NCBI GenBank assembly: GCA_965372795.1 | Contig: CBDVDR010000008.1 | Coordinates: 1-64,000 of the forward strand | Direction of reading: 5' to 3' | Source: an uncultured bacterium | GTDB taxonomy: Bacteria > Zixibacteria > MSB-5A5 > GN15 > FEB-12 | Length of the DNA stretch: 64,000 nucleotides | Part shown: piece after piece, positions 10,271-20,679 of the stretch | How the letters are laid out: each line of letters starts with the position of its first letter | Numbering within the stretch: position 1 is the first letter of the stretch | Program-made: the position numbers and the translations under genes | Notes under the pieces: generated by a model | The model's database searches: none | Told to the model about the DNA's origin: nothing | Seen by the model: the letters and a program-made list of their open reading frames with translations, nothing else

Positions 10271-11605
10271 ATGACAATGAAGCACACATATATTATTCTC
10301 ATTTGTTCATTATTACTCTTAAGTAATAATGCAAATTCTCAAAATCCAAAAGAGAAATGGAAAAAGTATAGAATTGTTGAACAATCCGGGTTTACTAAAG
10401 AGAAATTAGACAAAGCAAAGGCATATTACGATTCATTGAATTCTTCTGCTTTTATGATTATTCAAAATGGAATAGTTGTTGAGAACTGGGGAGATATTAA
10501 CAGGCGGTTTATTGTTCATTCGGTCAGAAAATCTATTCTAAATTCACTTTATGGTATTTATTATGAGAATGGAACTATAGACTTAAATAAGACCATAGGA
10601 CAATTAGGAATTACTGACAAAGAATCATTGTCTGAATTGGAAAAATCTGCAAAAGTAATTCATTTGATAAAAGTTCGTTCAGGTGTATACCATAAAGCGG
10701 CGGCTGAACCCAGTTTTGTAGAAGATTATAGACCACAAAGAAATAGTCATCCTCCAGACTCTTTTTGGTTTTATAATAACTGGGATTTTAATGTATTAGG
10801 GACAATCTTTGAGCAATTAACTAGAACTCCCATATATGAAGCATTTTTTGATGACATAGCAACTCCTTTATATATGGAAGATTACAGAATTATGGATGGA
10901 GAATATTATCATGAACCTGAATATTCAATACATCCTGCTTATCATTTAAAAATGACAGCAAGAGATTTAGCAAGATATGGCCAGCTGTTTTTGCAAAATG
11001 GCTCGTGGAATGGCATACAGGTACTTTCAAAAGAGTGGGTTAACAAAAGTACTTACCCTGTTTCAAAGCATGGTGGTGGTGGAGAAATAGGCAGATGGTA
11101 TGGCTATTTATGGGGAGTCTCTGAATACTATAAAGATTACAAAATGTATTTTGCAGCAGGAATGGGTGGACAGTTTCTTGCAATATTCCCAACTGAAAAC
11201 CTAATATTAGTAAACCTTTCTAATACTTATCAAAAGGATAAGTTATATGACAATGAAATTGTAAAGTTGTTCAATCTGGTCTTAAATGCGAAAGTGAATA
11301 AGTCTTCAGAAGATCCTGAAGTAGTCATACTAGATTCAAAATCAAGAATTCCGGAAAACTTATATCAAAAGACCTTAAACTATTCCAGGTATATTGGTGA
11401 TTATCTGATTAATGATAAAGAAGTTTCAATAATTGAGTTGAATGGCGATCTGATTATTAAGGATTATTACATGAAACTTAAACTTTTCCCGATTTCACCT
11501 TCCAGATTTTTCGTGGAGGATATTGAGAAATATTTGAATATCGAATTAAGTGAGAATGGGAGGCCAATAAAATTATTCTATGATGAGGATAATGATAAAT
11601 TGTAG
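10271..11605 (+). CDS. Secreted serine hydrolase, class C beta-lactamase-like fold
   Basis: SxxK (SVRK), YxN (YNN), MTARDLARYG; signal peptide. Substrate unknown. Confidence 0.85.
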   Translation: MTMKHTYIILICSLLLLSNNANSQNPKEKWKKYRIVEQSGFTKEKLDKAKAYYDSLNSSAFMIIQNGIVVENWGDINRRFIVHSVRKSILNSLYGIYYENGTIDLNKTIGQLGITDKESLSELEKSAKVIHLIKVRSGVYHKAAAEPSFVEDYRPQRNSHPPDSFWFYNNWDFNVLGTIFEQLTRTPIYEAFFDDIATPLYMEDYRIMDGEYYHEPEYSIHPAYHLKMTARDLARYGQLFLQNGSWNGIQVLSKEWVNKSTYPVSKHGGGGEIGRWYGYLWGVSEYYKDYKMYFAAGMGGQFLAIFPTENLILVNLSNTYQKDKLYDNEIVKLFNLVLNAKVNKSSEDPEVVILDSKSRIPENLYQKTLNYSRYIGDYLINDKEVSIIELNGDLIIKDYYMKLKLFPISPSRFFVEDIEKYLNIELSENGRPIKLFYDEDNDKL

Positions 11606-11656
11606 AGAGCTTCACGCCGAGTAAGCCCGACATCTCTGGTGGGGTTACTAATTTAA

Positions 11657-11682
11657 TGGAGGTGGGGAGAATCACAGGCGAG
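11657..11682 (-). repeat. Cassette junction, core-only copy of the tmRNA 3' end
   Basis: TGGAGGTGGGGAGAATC matches the ssrA 3' end at 16/17 positions, then ACAGGCG (start of type A). Confidence 0.75.
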
Positions 11683-11718
11683 GTCAAACAGAATGGACTC
11701 ATCCGTCAGAAGCACAGC

Positions 11719-12333
11719 TTAAAAGAAAACAGCTATACCGAAAGCTACATTAATGATGTCCGATATTCCCACGGTTTTGGATTTCACCGCGTTTCTCAAG
11801 TAAATGTCAATTGTCCCGATCTCCATGTAGAAATCATACCCCTTGAGACGGTTGTTCAGCAATTCAACGTTCTTATGGAGCCTCGCACCAATAAATGGCG
11901 CTAGGTGCAGGGCACTGGGCCATTCGGAATTTATCGGGTGGGCATCAGGAGAAAATAGACTCATGTTCTCTCCAAATGTTACATTCACGTTCAATCCAAA
12001 GAGAAAGGAAACAAATAATGAGTTGTTCGAAATAGATTGATGGTACGGTGCAAAGGTATTTTTCCAAGCTATCGTGTGGATGTCGGTTCCCCCCACTGAC
12101 TCTGGAACATAGCCGTACAAGAACTCCATTTGCCAAAAATCACCAATACACATAAAACCAGCACCCACCGAAAGAAAACCGATATTCCCGGCGTACTGTA
12201 CTTTCACATAGTCGGGAGCATACCAGATGTTGTTTCTGTTGATCAACGCGCTTCCTGCGTCAGCCGGTGTTGGGCAGAGTGCCATGGCACCTATAAACAC
12301 CAAACAGATATTCTTGCCACTGCTTATTATCAT
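11719..12333 (-). CDS. Hypothetical outer-membrane beta-barrel-like protein
   Basis: Signal peptide, QYAGNIGFLSVG, C-terminal Phe; translationally coupled to the upstream phosphoesterase. Confidence 0.65.
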   Translation of the reverse strand: MIISSGKNICLVFIGAMALCPTPADAGSALINRNNIWYAPDYVKVQYAGNIGFLSVGAGFMCIGDFWQMEFLYGYVPESVGGTDIHTIAWKNTFAPYHQSISNNSLFVSFLFGLNVNVTFGENMSLFSPDAHPINSEWPSALHLAPFIGARLHKNVELLNNRLKGYDFYMEIGTIDIYLRNAVKSKTVGISDIINVAFGIAVFF

Positions 12334-13163
12334 TGGATAAAAACTCTTTCGATACTGACATTCGCACTATCCACCGTCACAATACAATAGTCACGGTCTT
12401 TTACGTCGTTGCTGATGAGATATTTCACCCCGTCATTGTTCAGCTCACCGTAGAGAAATCTGTGAGCATGACCCAGGATGACCATTGATGTCCCTCTTTC
12501 TTCAAATAACTTTGCAAGTTTCTTTCCCTCTTCACCCTTTTTTAGCTCATCTCCCCATGGAAGAACATGAGCTATAACAAAAATATGGTTGAACTGTTCA
12601 CGTTCAGAGAACTCACCAGCCAGCCAATCCAAGTCCAGTACTTTGCCTGTAATCTCCCTGTTATTATCGTTGAAAAAGATAAACTTGGAGCCGCTGTATT
12701 CAATGGAGTAATTGAAGTTGCCGTACATCTGACGGTAAATCTGTTTGCCATTAGAGAGGCAGTCATGATTACCGATAACTGTCAGATACGGAAGGCTTAA
12801 CTGAGATATTATCTCCTCAAACCAGATATACTCTTTTCGCAGTCCGATATCCGTCATATCACCGGCATGGATGACAAAGGACAACTCCGAATTGTTGTTT
12901 ATGTGAGCAACGCAGTCTGCCAGTTCTTCGTAATCACCATGACTGTCGCTAATCACCGCAAACTGGAAAGCCCCTGAAGCAGACGGTATCTGCGCAATAT
13001 TCATAGCCGTCAAATTCGCCTTCTGTGTGTCGATTTCAGTTTCGAAAGGACTGTACTCAATGCAACTCGATAGACAGAGCCAAACAATCACAATCAAAGA
13101 TGCCATACTCTGTGTGAGCCTCATCTTATTCTCTTCTAATTCCGGCATCGAAAGTATTTCCAT
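12330..13163 (-). CDS. Calcineurin-like metallophosphoesterase (lipoprotein)
   Basis: DSH, GD, GNHD, H and GHAH motifs; lipobox LSSC. Confidence 0.9.
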   Translation of the reverse strand: MEILSMPELEENKMRLTQSMASLIVIVWLCLSSCIEYSPFETEIDTQKANLTAMNIAQIPSASGAFQFAVISDSHGDYEELADCVAHINNNSELSFVIHAGDMTDIGLRKEYIWFEEIISQLSLPYLTVIGNHDCLSNGKQIYRQMYGNFNYSIEYSGSKFIFFNDNNREITGKVLDLDWLAGEFSEREQFNHIFVIAHVLPWGDELKKGEEGKKLAKLFEERGTSMVILGHAHRFLYGELNNDGVKYLISNDVKDRDYCIVTVDSANVSIERVFIQ

Positions 13164-13354
13164 TTTTAGAAATTTATGTCATACTAGAGATACTCCCATT
13201 TAGCAGTGGAATGTGTCATTATTATTACAAATTTAGTGTAATGGATTTTACGACAAGGTACTAATAGTCTGCTATGACCAGAACAGTCACAAATTATTTA
13301 TTGTTTTTGGAGCGAAGAATAGGCGATACTACGTTAAATTTTTGTAGATTTTAA

Positions 13355-13495
13355 TGGAGCTGGAGGAATTGCAAGCAAAGCTTGTTTCTCTTATTGGGAG
13401 ACAATCAAATACAAGATATCGTGAAGAACGCCAACGATTTCCAGCTTTTATTTGGTTCTGGAAAATCAGGCTGTTTTACACTCAATGTGGCACAA
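13355..13495 (-). repeat. Cassette junction repeat, long type A copy 4
   Basis: TGGAGCTGGAGGAATTGCAAGCAAAGCTTG...GTGGCACAA. Confidence 0.9.
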
Positions 13496-13540
13496 CAGTA
13501 TAAATGAGAAGTTGATTGTGTTGCTTCAGCGACCAGGGTA

Positions 13541-13660
13541 TTAGGGTGTCTGTTTGTGGTTCTCTTTCCACCATGACCTCCCAGCTGATCTGTCAATACC
13601 TTTACCAACCTGCTCAACTATTTCGTATGGCCCAAGCATCTGCCCGTTGGTAAATGTCAT
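13541..13660 (-). pseudogene. Possible N-terminal remnant of a Ser/Thr protein kinase
   Basis: MTFTNGQMLGPYEIVEQVGKG resembles kinase subdomain I (LGPYEIxxxxGxGG); similarity is then lost and the frame stops after 39 aa. Confidence 0.5.
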
Positions 13661-14048
13661 GACTTAATCCTGGAACGTAAAGAAGTCAAGCTCTGCAGTA
13701 TTAGATCTTCAACCAGTTTCTGGCTCGTCGTATCTTTCTGGACTGCGACTATCTTTAGTCGCTTGTGCGTATTATCATCTAATCAAATATGAATCATTCA
13801 ATTCTTAGTTTGGTCGTTTAGTTTCTTTTACTTTTCATTTCGTTTTTATTGATTTTTCTATGGCTACAAATATAACAATATATCTGTTACGAAGTAAATC
13901 ATAAAATAGATTGATTTAGACTATATTAAAGTGCATTACGCTGTGACAAAATTGTGTTAATTTTTTCAATTCTCATTCCTGGGCGTTCTACAATGTCAGA
14001 CACTAATTGGATTCAGTGTATTCCTGTTCGGAGGTCGTCAAATAAAAC

Positions 14049-14807
14049 TTAGCGTTTGTGCTCTGGGTTCTGGAAATTGGTGTTACAACCCACCTCCCAA
14101 ACATCGGGTTGGTTACCGTGAGCCGGTATTCCGCCGTTGTCTTTCAACATGCGTGCCATATGTAAGCAGTTCCAGGCCAAAAATGTGGTATTCCGATTGG
14201 TAAAATCGTTTTCTGGCCCACCGGAGCCTTCATCGCGATACGAGGGGCCGGGGCCGACTTCACCCATCCACCCGGAATCAGCCTGCGGTGGAATGGTATA
14301 GCCAATATGAGACAACGAAAATAATATGTTCATCGCACAGTGCTTGACACCATCCTCATTACCGGTAATAAGCGTTGCACCCACTTTACCGTAATCTCGG
14401 TATTGCCCCTTTTCATTGAAGCTATGTGTGTATCCGTACATTCTCTCCAACGTCCGGTTGCAAACCGAAGACTTCTCGCCAAGCCAAACCGAAGTACAAA
14501 CTATAAGAATGTCGCACTCATCGACTTCTTTTTGAATTTGCGGCCAATCGTCTCGCTCCCACTCTGCCGTCTCGGCCATATCTTGACCAAGACCGGCTGC
14601 GATTTCGTAGTCAACAGGACGAATGATTTTAGTCTTGACGCAATTTGCTTCAAACACCTTTTGCGCTACATGGATTATCCCCTCCGTATGGGATAGAACC
14701 GGCGTCCGGTTAAGTGTGCAATTCAAAAATAACACTGATAGATCATCGTATTTTGCAGGTGGATTGTTGCATTGATTCAATGTAATTTCATTGAGTTGTT
14801 CAGACAT
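14049..14807 (-). CDS. Flavodoxin-like / NADPH-dependent FMN reductase family protein
   Basis: LNCTL...SHT, TSVWLG, GKVG...ITGNEDG, GYTIPPQAD. Confidence 0.85.
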   Translation of the reverse strand: MSEQLNEITLNQCNNPPAKYDDLSVLFLNCTLNRTPVLSHTEGIIHVAQKVFEANCVKTKIIRPVDYEIAAGLGQDMAETAEWERDDWPQIQKEVDECDILIVCTSVWLGEKSSVCNRTLERMYGYTHSFNEKGQYRDYGKVGATLITGNEDGVKHCAMNILFSLSHIGYTIPPQADSGWMGEVGPGPSYRDEGSGGPENDFTNRNTTFLAWNCLHMARMLKDNGGIPAHGNQPDVWEVGCNTNFQNPEHKR

Positions 14808-15332
14808 TTATTGGGACCTCAAGATCTATAAATTTCTATAAGCTATGTGTGCAATTCAATGAAGTTACGAAATAATCATCATATTCGTTTGGAAAATTGT
14901 TGCATTTTCCTGTGATCTTTTCGGTTGTTTTGGTAAATATGAGGACCTGACTAATTAACAATTTTCATAAGAAAAATATTTTACAAGCTGAGCAAGAGAG
15001 GTCTGTGGATTTACCGATTACGATAACTAACATGTCACTATCATGATTGATTTTGTAGTTAGTACTAATAGCCTTGGAACAATCAAGCGTAAAATTAACA
15101 CCATCGAAGAACAAGCCATCTAGAAAAAATGACCCGCATATAATCCGGGGAATGTCAATAACAGTATTGCAGCCAAATATCTCGACCATGCTGGGAACAA
15201 TTATATTTACATCAAGAAAAGTGATCAGACAAAAAGGGGCTTAGTAGATTTATGGCATATAGTGGACACTTGGTTTTATCTTGTCAGACCGGGGTTGCGA
15301 CGCATCAATTATTCGGCTGCATACAAACAAAT

Positions 15333-15395
15333 TGGAGGGGGGATCGAACCACATTTTTGCATTGCAGCACAAGGACTTACACCATATTGTGACCA
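15333..15395 (-). repeat. Cassette junction repeat, short type B
   Basis: TGGAGGGGGGATCGAACC core, then GACTTACACCATATTGTGACCA (also at ~16783 and ~20845). Confidence 0.75.
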
Positions 15396-15547
15396 CTTCT
15401 TAGTGTACAATTAGTAGTTTATTGACCTTCGGATTATGAGCCAAATAATAACTTAATAATATAGTGGAGTTGGGTAGACAATCTTCGCAACTATTTTATT
15501 GTAAATAGAAAATTTTGAAATTGATAATAAGCTACAAACTATAGATT

Positions 15548-16294
15548 TTATCTGTTTTTTAAAGCTTCGATAACCAGTTCGCCTACGCGATGAGCTGATT
15601 GCGGATTTTGTCCGGTAACAACCCGATTATCACTAACAGCATTCGGCTGCCAGGGGTCAGCCGGAACAAAAATACCTCCCCGTTCGACTAATCTATCCTG
15701 CAACATAAACGGTACGACGGAATCAAGTTTAACCAGTATCTCTTCTTCGTTTGTAAAGGCGGCAAATTGTTTGTCTTTGATTAAATATTCACCTGAAGAT
15801 AGTTTGATTTCAGAAAGAGCTGCCGGTCCATGGCAGACCGCACCGACTACTCCGCCGTTTTCATAGATAGATTTAGAAATATTGTTTATATCAACATTGC
15901 CGGGGAAATCCCACATAGTACCATGACCTCCGCTGAAAATAATAGCTGAGAAGTCAGCTGGATTGATATCGGATAATTTTTTACTGTTGAGAACTCCGGA
16001 CATCAATTCAGCATCTTTGAGGAAGCGTCTATTTATTTGATCAGTTGTGTCCAAACTCCGTGGGTCAATTGGAGCAACTCCGCCTTTAATACTTGCAACT
16101 TCAACACCGAAGCCGGCATCTTTTAATACATAGTACGGGTGAGTTAATTCTGAAAGCCAGAATCCAGTTGGTTTGCCGGTGTTTCCCATTAGAGAATGAC
16201 TGGTGACAACAATCAGTACTTTTTCGGCAGCATTGGCAACTACACCAAGTGATAAAACCGTTAATAATATCGCTAATATAACAAGTCGTTTCAT
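15548..16294 (-). CDS. DJ-1/PfpI (type 1 glutamine amidotransferase-like) protein with signal peptide
   Basis: TGFWLSEL, GGHG, AVCHGP, VTGQNPQS. Confidence 0.92.
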   Translation of the reverse strand: MKRLVILAILLTVLSLGVVANAAEKVLIVVTSHSLMGNTGKPTGFWLSELTHPYYVLKDAGFGVEVASIKGGVAPIDPRSLDTTDQINRRFLKDAELMSGVLNSKKLSDINPADFSAIIFSGGHGTMWDFPGNVDINNISKSIYENGGVVGAVCHGPAALSEIKLSSGEYLIKDKQFAAFTNEEEILVKLDSVVPFMLQDRLVERGGIFVPADPWQPNAVSDNRVVTGQNPQSAHRVGELVIEALKNR

Positions 16295-16617
16295 TTTTAA
16301 TATTTCCTTTAATTTGGTACGCTTTTGATTGGTAATAACACTGACAAGTGAGAAATGTTCCTTTGTTTGATTCTTCTGATAAAAATTATTACTGAAGGCT
16401 CGAACTCATACTGCTTTTTTATTATAACTTCAGATCCAATAATCATTCTAAGTGTAAAGTAAACCATTGAAAGAACAATTACTATGTCCAAATTGTCTCC
16501 TCAGTTGTTGTAAGTTATTGGTAGTTATTCAGAGTTATAGAAAAAGAAGTTAAAATTTAACTAAAAACCCCTCTAGGATAGGTTCTATAATTCGTTGGCT
16601 TGTAATTTTTTTTAAAT

Positions 16618-16814
16618 TGAAGGTGGGAGAAATCGCAGGCATAGCCTGTTTAATTTTTTTGGGAGACGATCAAATACACGATATCGTAATGAATTTCAAT
16701 AATTTACAGCATTTATTTGGTTCTGGAAAATCAGTCTATTTTGATCCCAATGTGGCACAAATATGGCACAAGCTAACCAAATGACTTACACCCAATTGTG
16801 ACCATATTGTGACC
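16618..16814 (-). repeat. Cassette junction repeat, type A plus type B arm (copy 5)
   Basis: Core plus type A body plus TGGCACAAATATGGCACAAG plus GACTTACACCCAATTGTGACCATATTGTGACC. Confidence 0.9.
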
Positions 16815-16845
16815 GTTCTCCTTACTCGATTAATCATCCGCTCCT

Positions 16846-17241
16846 TTAGTACTCTGGAGATATACCGGTTGCATCTGCTACAGGATACCGGCCGATTGTA
16901 TCCACTGGTGATGACAGCGAAACATACTGCGGAACCACACGTGCCGGCTTATCTGCTAACCATGCGGATGCACCGAACCCCGTTGCCAGGCTGATTACGA
17001 TTACCGCCGCAGTCCTCAAAAGCGGCAAGAGCGCCTTTCGAATTCTGGTGGAAGTGGCTGTTTCGGTCACCGGTCGCTCCGGATGAATGCTACTTATGAC
17101 ATCTATATCGCTCAACACTCTTTTCAGTGATGAGCGACACGATTGACAGGCTTCAAGGTGTCTTTCGATTTCCATACTTTCGTCGTCATCGTCAACTATC
17201 TTGAGCCCATACTCGAGAAGTCTATCTTCATTGATGTGCAT
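16846..17241 (-). CDS. Zinc-finger (zf-HC2) anti-sigma factor
   Basis: HLEACQSC (HxxxCxxC) plus a TM helix, directly after an ECF sigma. Confidence 0.8.
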   Translation of the reverse strand: MHINEDRLLEYGLKIVDDDDESMEIERHLEACQSCRSSLKRVLSDIDVISSIHPERPVTETATSTRIRKALLPLLRTAAVIVISLATGFGASAWLADKPARVVPQYVSLSSPVDTIGRYPVADATGISPEY

Positions 17242-17777
17242 TACTCTAACACTCCTTTCCTTCGCAAAATGTCGCGACAGGACTTAACGGCATAGAAGAT
17301 TCGTGATTTAACGGTTCCAATCGGAACGCTCAACAGCTCCGAAATTTCCAAATAGCTGTGCCCGCCGTAGAAGCGTAACAGGAGGATGTCACGATGTTCC
17401 GTGTCGAGGCTGCTAATTGCCCCCGCGATGAGACGCTGACGTTCATCTTTCAGGAGCTGTTCCATAGGGTTTTCAACGTTATCTAGAAGTTCATTTGTCT
17501 CCAGGCCGACATGTCGCCCGACTCGGCGTTTTTCTTTAATAGCCAGGCGATAAGCAATAGTCCCAAGGAAGCCATTAACCGTACCTGAGGTATTATTAAT
17601 GGTGGCGCTAAGCGCCCGAACGAACGTCTCTTGAACAATGTCTTCCGCGGCTACGCTTGATCGGGTGATCAACAGTCCCAGTGCCATAAGGCGCGGCCGA
17701 TATTCTTCCATCAGCTCACGCCATGAGTTTTCGTCTCCTCGCCGGGCGCAAAAAAAGAGGTCCCACTCCGGGTTCAC
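17241..17777 (-). CDS. ECF RNA polymerase sigma factor
   Basis: AEDIVQETF, SYLEISELLSVPIGTVKSR. Probable GTG start at 17777 overlaps the upstream TGA (GTGA coupling). Confidence 0.92.
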   Translation of the reverse strand: MNPEWDLFFCARRGDENSWRELMEEYRPRLMALGLLITRSSVAAEDIVQETFVRALSATINNTSGTVNGFLGTIAYRLAIKEKRRVGRHVGLETNELLDNVENPMEQLLKDERQRLIAGAISSLDTEHRDILLLRFYGGHSYLEISELLSVPIGTVKSRIFYAVKSCRDILRRKGVLE

Positions 17778-19033
17778 TTTTTCTGTGGCTCCGAACACTC
17801 TAATCCCTGATTCTTGCACCATTCATCAACGCTTTCTATATCTGATCCGTAACATGCCCACATCTCAGCGACCCAGTGTCTGAATTCCTGACTGATGTGT
17901 TTCTCAGCATGAGCAACATACCAGTTAAACACGGGGAGGACTAAATCCGGTGTATTTTTTTTAAGCTCCGGCAAGCTTACAGCTATTCTCGAAGCGTAAG
18001 CCATCATCTGTAATCGGCCTGCGTCACCTGGTGGCGCGTGACGCAGCCTCCAACTGTCCAGCCCTCCGGTTAAAAAACCGGTAGTCCAGATGGTAAATGC
18101 CTTTCGCAGCTGGTCGCTGTACGGTGTGTCGGACGGCGTGACGAGCGTCGCCAAACCGAGTTGCCTACCGTTATTGGCCAGCTCTTTCAGCTCCTGGGCT
18201 ACCTGGAATGTAGCGGCAAAATATACTGGCCGGCGGGCGCGCTCGGCCGAGATCACAAGCGTCTTGATGAGTGAGTCGCTGACCTGTCCACCTTCAGAAT
18301 CGCGAAGCTTCTCCAGTTCGCTCTCACTGATAAACCGGGGCAGTCCCCGTTCAATGATATACAGCGGGTACCATTCTGTATTCAACAGATGACGGTTGAC
18401 GATCCTTATATCGGGACGGATCCCAAGTATTCGTGTCAGAATCCATACCGGGTAAGTGTCGTTGTCACCGTTGGTAATTAGAATGGCGTTTTCGTCAAGA
18501 CCTATCAATGTATTGTAGTTGTAATCCATCACTTCATCGGGGATGATTCCGCTCTTGAGCAGACTGCGCAGGGCTAGATCAAGCCGCTCTTCGTCGCGCG
18601 CATTCATATAGATTATTACAAGCCCGAACCACGCATCGGTGTAGCTCGGATCGAGACGCACCGCCTCTTCAAGATACTTCCGCTCCTGCGAGTCGTCTTG
18701 TCTACCGTGATGCACCATCGATTTCAGATATAGCAGCGTGGGGTTAGCGTAATACTTCTCCAAACCGACATCCAGTAATCTGGCATAATCTTCCTGCCCG
18801 GCATACCGAGCGGCATACATCCAGTTGGCGTACGCGTTCTCGGATGGATATTCATCATAGTAGCTTTTCCATAATCCGGCCATCTTCTCGTAGGTTGGCT
18901 GGTCATAGATAACTTGCCGCTTGCTCTTGATTTCTGTGGGTCGGACGACCTCGTCGGCCGAAAGATTCGCCGAGCCACTGAAACTGATCAGAAAAAAGGC
19001 AGTGATTGAAATGAGGATTCTCTTTTTGTTCAT
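17774..19033 (-). CDS. Secreted TPR-containing protein with ITNGDNDTYP motif (DUF2723 C-terminal-like)
   Basis: Signal peptide, TPR-like EEAVRLDPSYTDAW, GDNDTYP. Confidence 0.65.
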   Translation of the reverse strand: MNKKRILISITAFFLISFSGSANLSADEVVRPTEIKSKRQVIYDQPTYEKMAGLWKSYYDEYPSENAYANWMYAARYAGQEDYARLLDVGLEKYYANPTLLYLKSMVHHGRQDDSQERKYLEEAVRLDPSYTDAWFGLVIIYMNARDEERLDLALRSLLKSGIIPDEVMDYNYNTLIGLDENAILITNGDNDTYPVWILTRILGIRPDIRIVNRHLLNTEWYPLYIIERGLPRFISESELEKLRDSEGGQVSDSLIKTLVISAERARRPVYFAATFQVAQELKELANNGRQLGLATLVTPSDTPYSDQLRKAFTIWTTGFLTGGLDSWRLRHAPPGDAGRLQMMAYASRIAVSLPELKKNTPDLVLPVFNWYVAHAEKHISQEFRHWVAEMWACYGSDIESVDEWCKNQGLECSEPQKK

Positions 19034-19192
19034 CGGTAGTTCTCCTTGTTTAACGAGATAATCTCTCGACTCCGATTTTGTTCAGAAAAAACTTTCCTAA
19101 TGACCGAAATAGCCCGGAGAACTCATATCGATCACTCGGGCTCGGGGCTTGATGTCGCCGCAAGCTATTGAAATGTAATGGATTATAACAAT

Positions 19193-19212
19193 TGGAGGTG
19201 AGGGGAATCGAA
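19193..19212 (-). repeat. Cassette junction, core-only copy of the tmRNA 3' end
   Basis: TGGAGGTGAGGGGAATCGAA matches the ssrA 3' end at 19/20 positions. Confidence 0.85.
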
Positions 19213-19247
19213 TACCGGCCTTTCCGTCCTGATGACACTCTTATCAA

Positions 19248-20342
19248 TCACTCTTGCACTCTGAGTCGTACCAAGGTAATCTCATTTGAAGTACCCATAC
19301 GTATTCTAGGCCCAATAGTTCCCGCTCCCTGAGAAACAAAGAAATAAGTACCCTCTCTTTTATATAGACCTTTATTAAGAGGATACAGTAAAGTGGCAAA
19401 AAGAGTCGCGGGAAAAACCTGTCCAGCATGTGTATGCCCTGATAACATCAAATCAACATCTCTCATGATAACGTACTCTAATCCTACTGGACTATGATGC
19501 ATAAGGACGATTGGCTTATCGTCTTGGAGACGAATCTTGGGAAACTCTTCCTTTATAGTTAATTCATTAACAGCATGCACGTCAAAGGCGTCCTCGTCTG
19601 CATTCATATAATCGAGTCCTACGAGTTGGATTCCATTAATCTCGACAACTTCGTTGCGCAGGATGCGGACTCCATGGCTTGCTATGATCTTGAGTGCCCG
19701 CTCTGTATCAACATAACTTTCGTGGTTTCCAATAGTGAAATAAGTCGGTGCATTTAGCTCACTCAAAGGCGATAGAACGCCCGACTCCAATGCGCTATTG
19801 CCATCAACGAGGTCGCCGTTGATCAGAACAAGATCCGGCTTAAGGCGGTTAGTCTCGTACACAATCTGTTCCAAGTATAATCTACCACGATGGTGACCAA
19901 TGTGCACGTCCGAGATATGCATAAGTGTAACATCTTCTTGGAGTCCAACAATTGGGACCTCGATCGTTTCAATATTGAGAATACTTGCCCGCCAAGCTCC
20001 GATGATCGTAAGCAAAACAGCGAGCCCCAAAGCGACTGCTACCCCCAACTGACCCGGAATGCGAACCACAAATCGAGAGGTGTCAAGCACTAGAAGCAAT
20101 ATTGTAAGCATGACGTGAAGATAGAAAATCAATCCTGCAACTGTTGCCAGAGTATCGAATAACGGCCTTGTAGAGTTAGCGAATGCGAGCATTCCTATGA
20201 AACTTAGAAGCACTGTCACTGCGATAGACGCATATAGTGGCCAAGTCCGTCCCAATTCCATCAGTCGGGACAGACAGAATGGTACATACCAGATCGACAT
20301 TGCGATTAATCCTAAGATAGAAACGGCTGCAGCAGTTTTCAA
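19248..20342 (-). CDS. Membrane-anchored metallophosphoesterase (YkuE/YaeI-like)
   Basis: N-terminal TM helices; DVH, GDLVD, GNHE, HHSP and SGHTHAGQ motifs. Confidence 0.9.
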   Translation of the reverse strand: MKTAAAVSILGLIAMSIWYVPFCLSRLMELGRTWPLYASIAVTVLLSFIGMLAFANSTRPLFDTLATVAGLIFYLHVMLTILLLVLDTSRFVVRIPGQLGVAVALGLAVLLTIIGAWRASILNIETIEVPIVGLQEDVTLMHISDVHIGHHRGRLYLEQIVYETNRLKPDLVLINGDLVDGNSALESGVLSPLSELNAPTYFTIGNHESYVDTERALKIIASHGVRILRNEVVEINGIQLVGLDYMNADEDAFDVHAVNELTIKEEFPKIRLQDDKPIVLMHHSPVGLEYVIMRDVDLMLSGHTHAGQVFPATLFATLLYPLNKGLYKREGTYFFVSQGAGTIGPRIRMGTSNEITLVRLRVQE

Positions 20343-20679
20343 AAGTAGGTTAATAACTATTTGACTCCCTTAGTTCCCTCAATTATACAAACATTATCTT
20401 TTGTAGGTATAATGCGGGACTTTAGTATCAGAGGTTAAATTCGTAAATTCTCTTGTTTGATCATCATCGAATTCATTTGTCGCCATAGACAAGTTTCTCT
20501 TAGCTTAAACTTATATTTGATTATTATCAAATAAGATAGATGGTATAACCTATTAAAACAATCTCAAACTCTGGTGTTCTGTTTTCCTAAATTGCTACCA
20601 AATCATGACCAAAGTGGTTAGGTGTTATTGGGGGATATAACAGGCGAAATTGCCGTTAAGGCTTTGTGGCACAATAAAA

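Noticed and set aside
10271..11605. Calling this an antibiotic-resistance beta-lactamase
   Set aside because: It has SxxK and YxN but no KTG triad; the family includes many esterases and peptidases.
13405..13617. ORF overlapping a junction repeat, as a repeat-encoded peptide
   Set aside because: The frame is not preserved in the other repeat copies (indels and stops).
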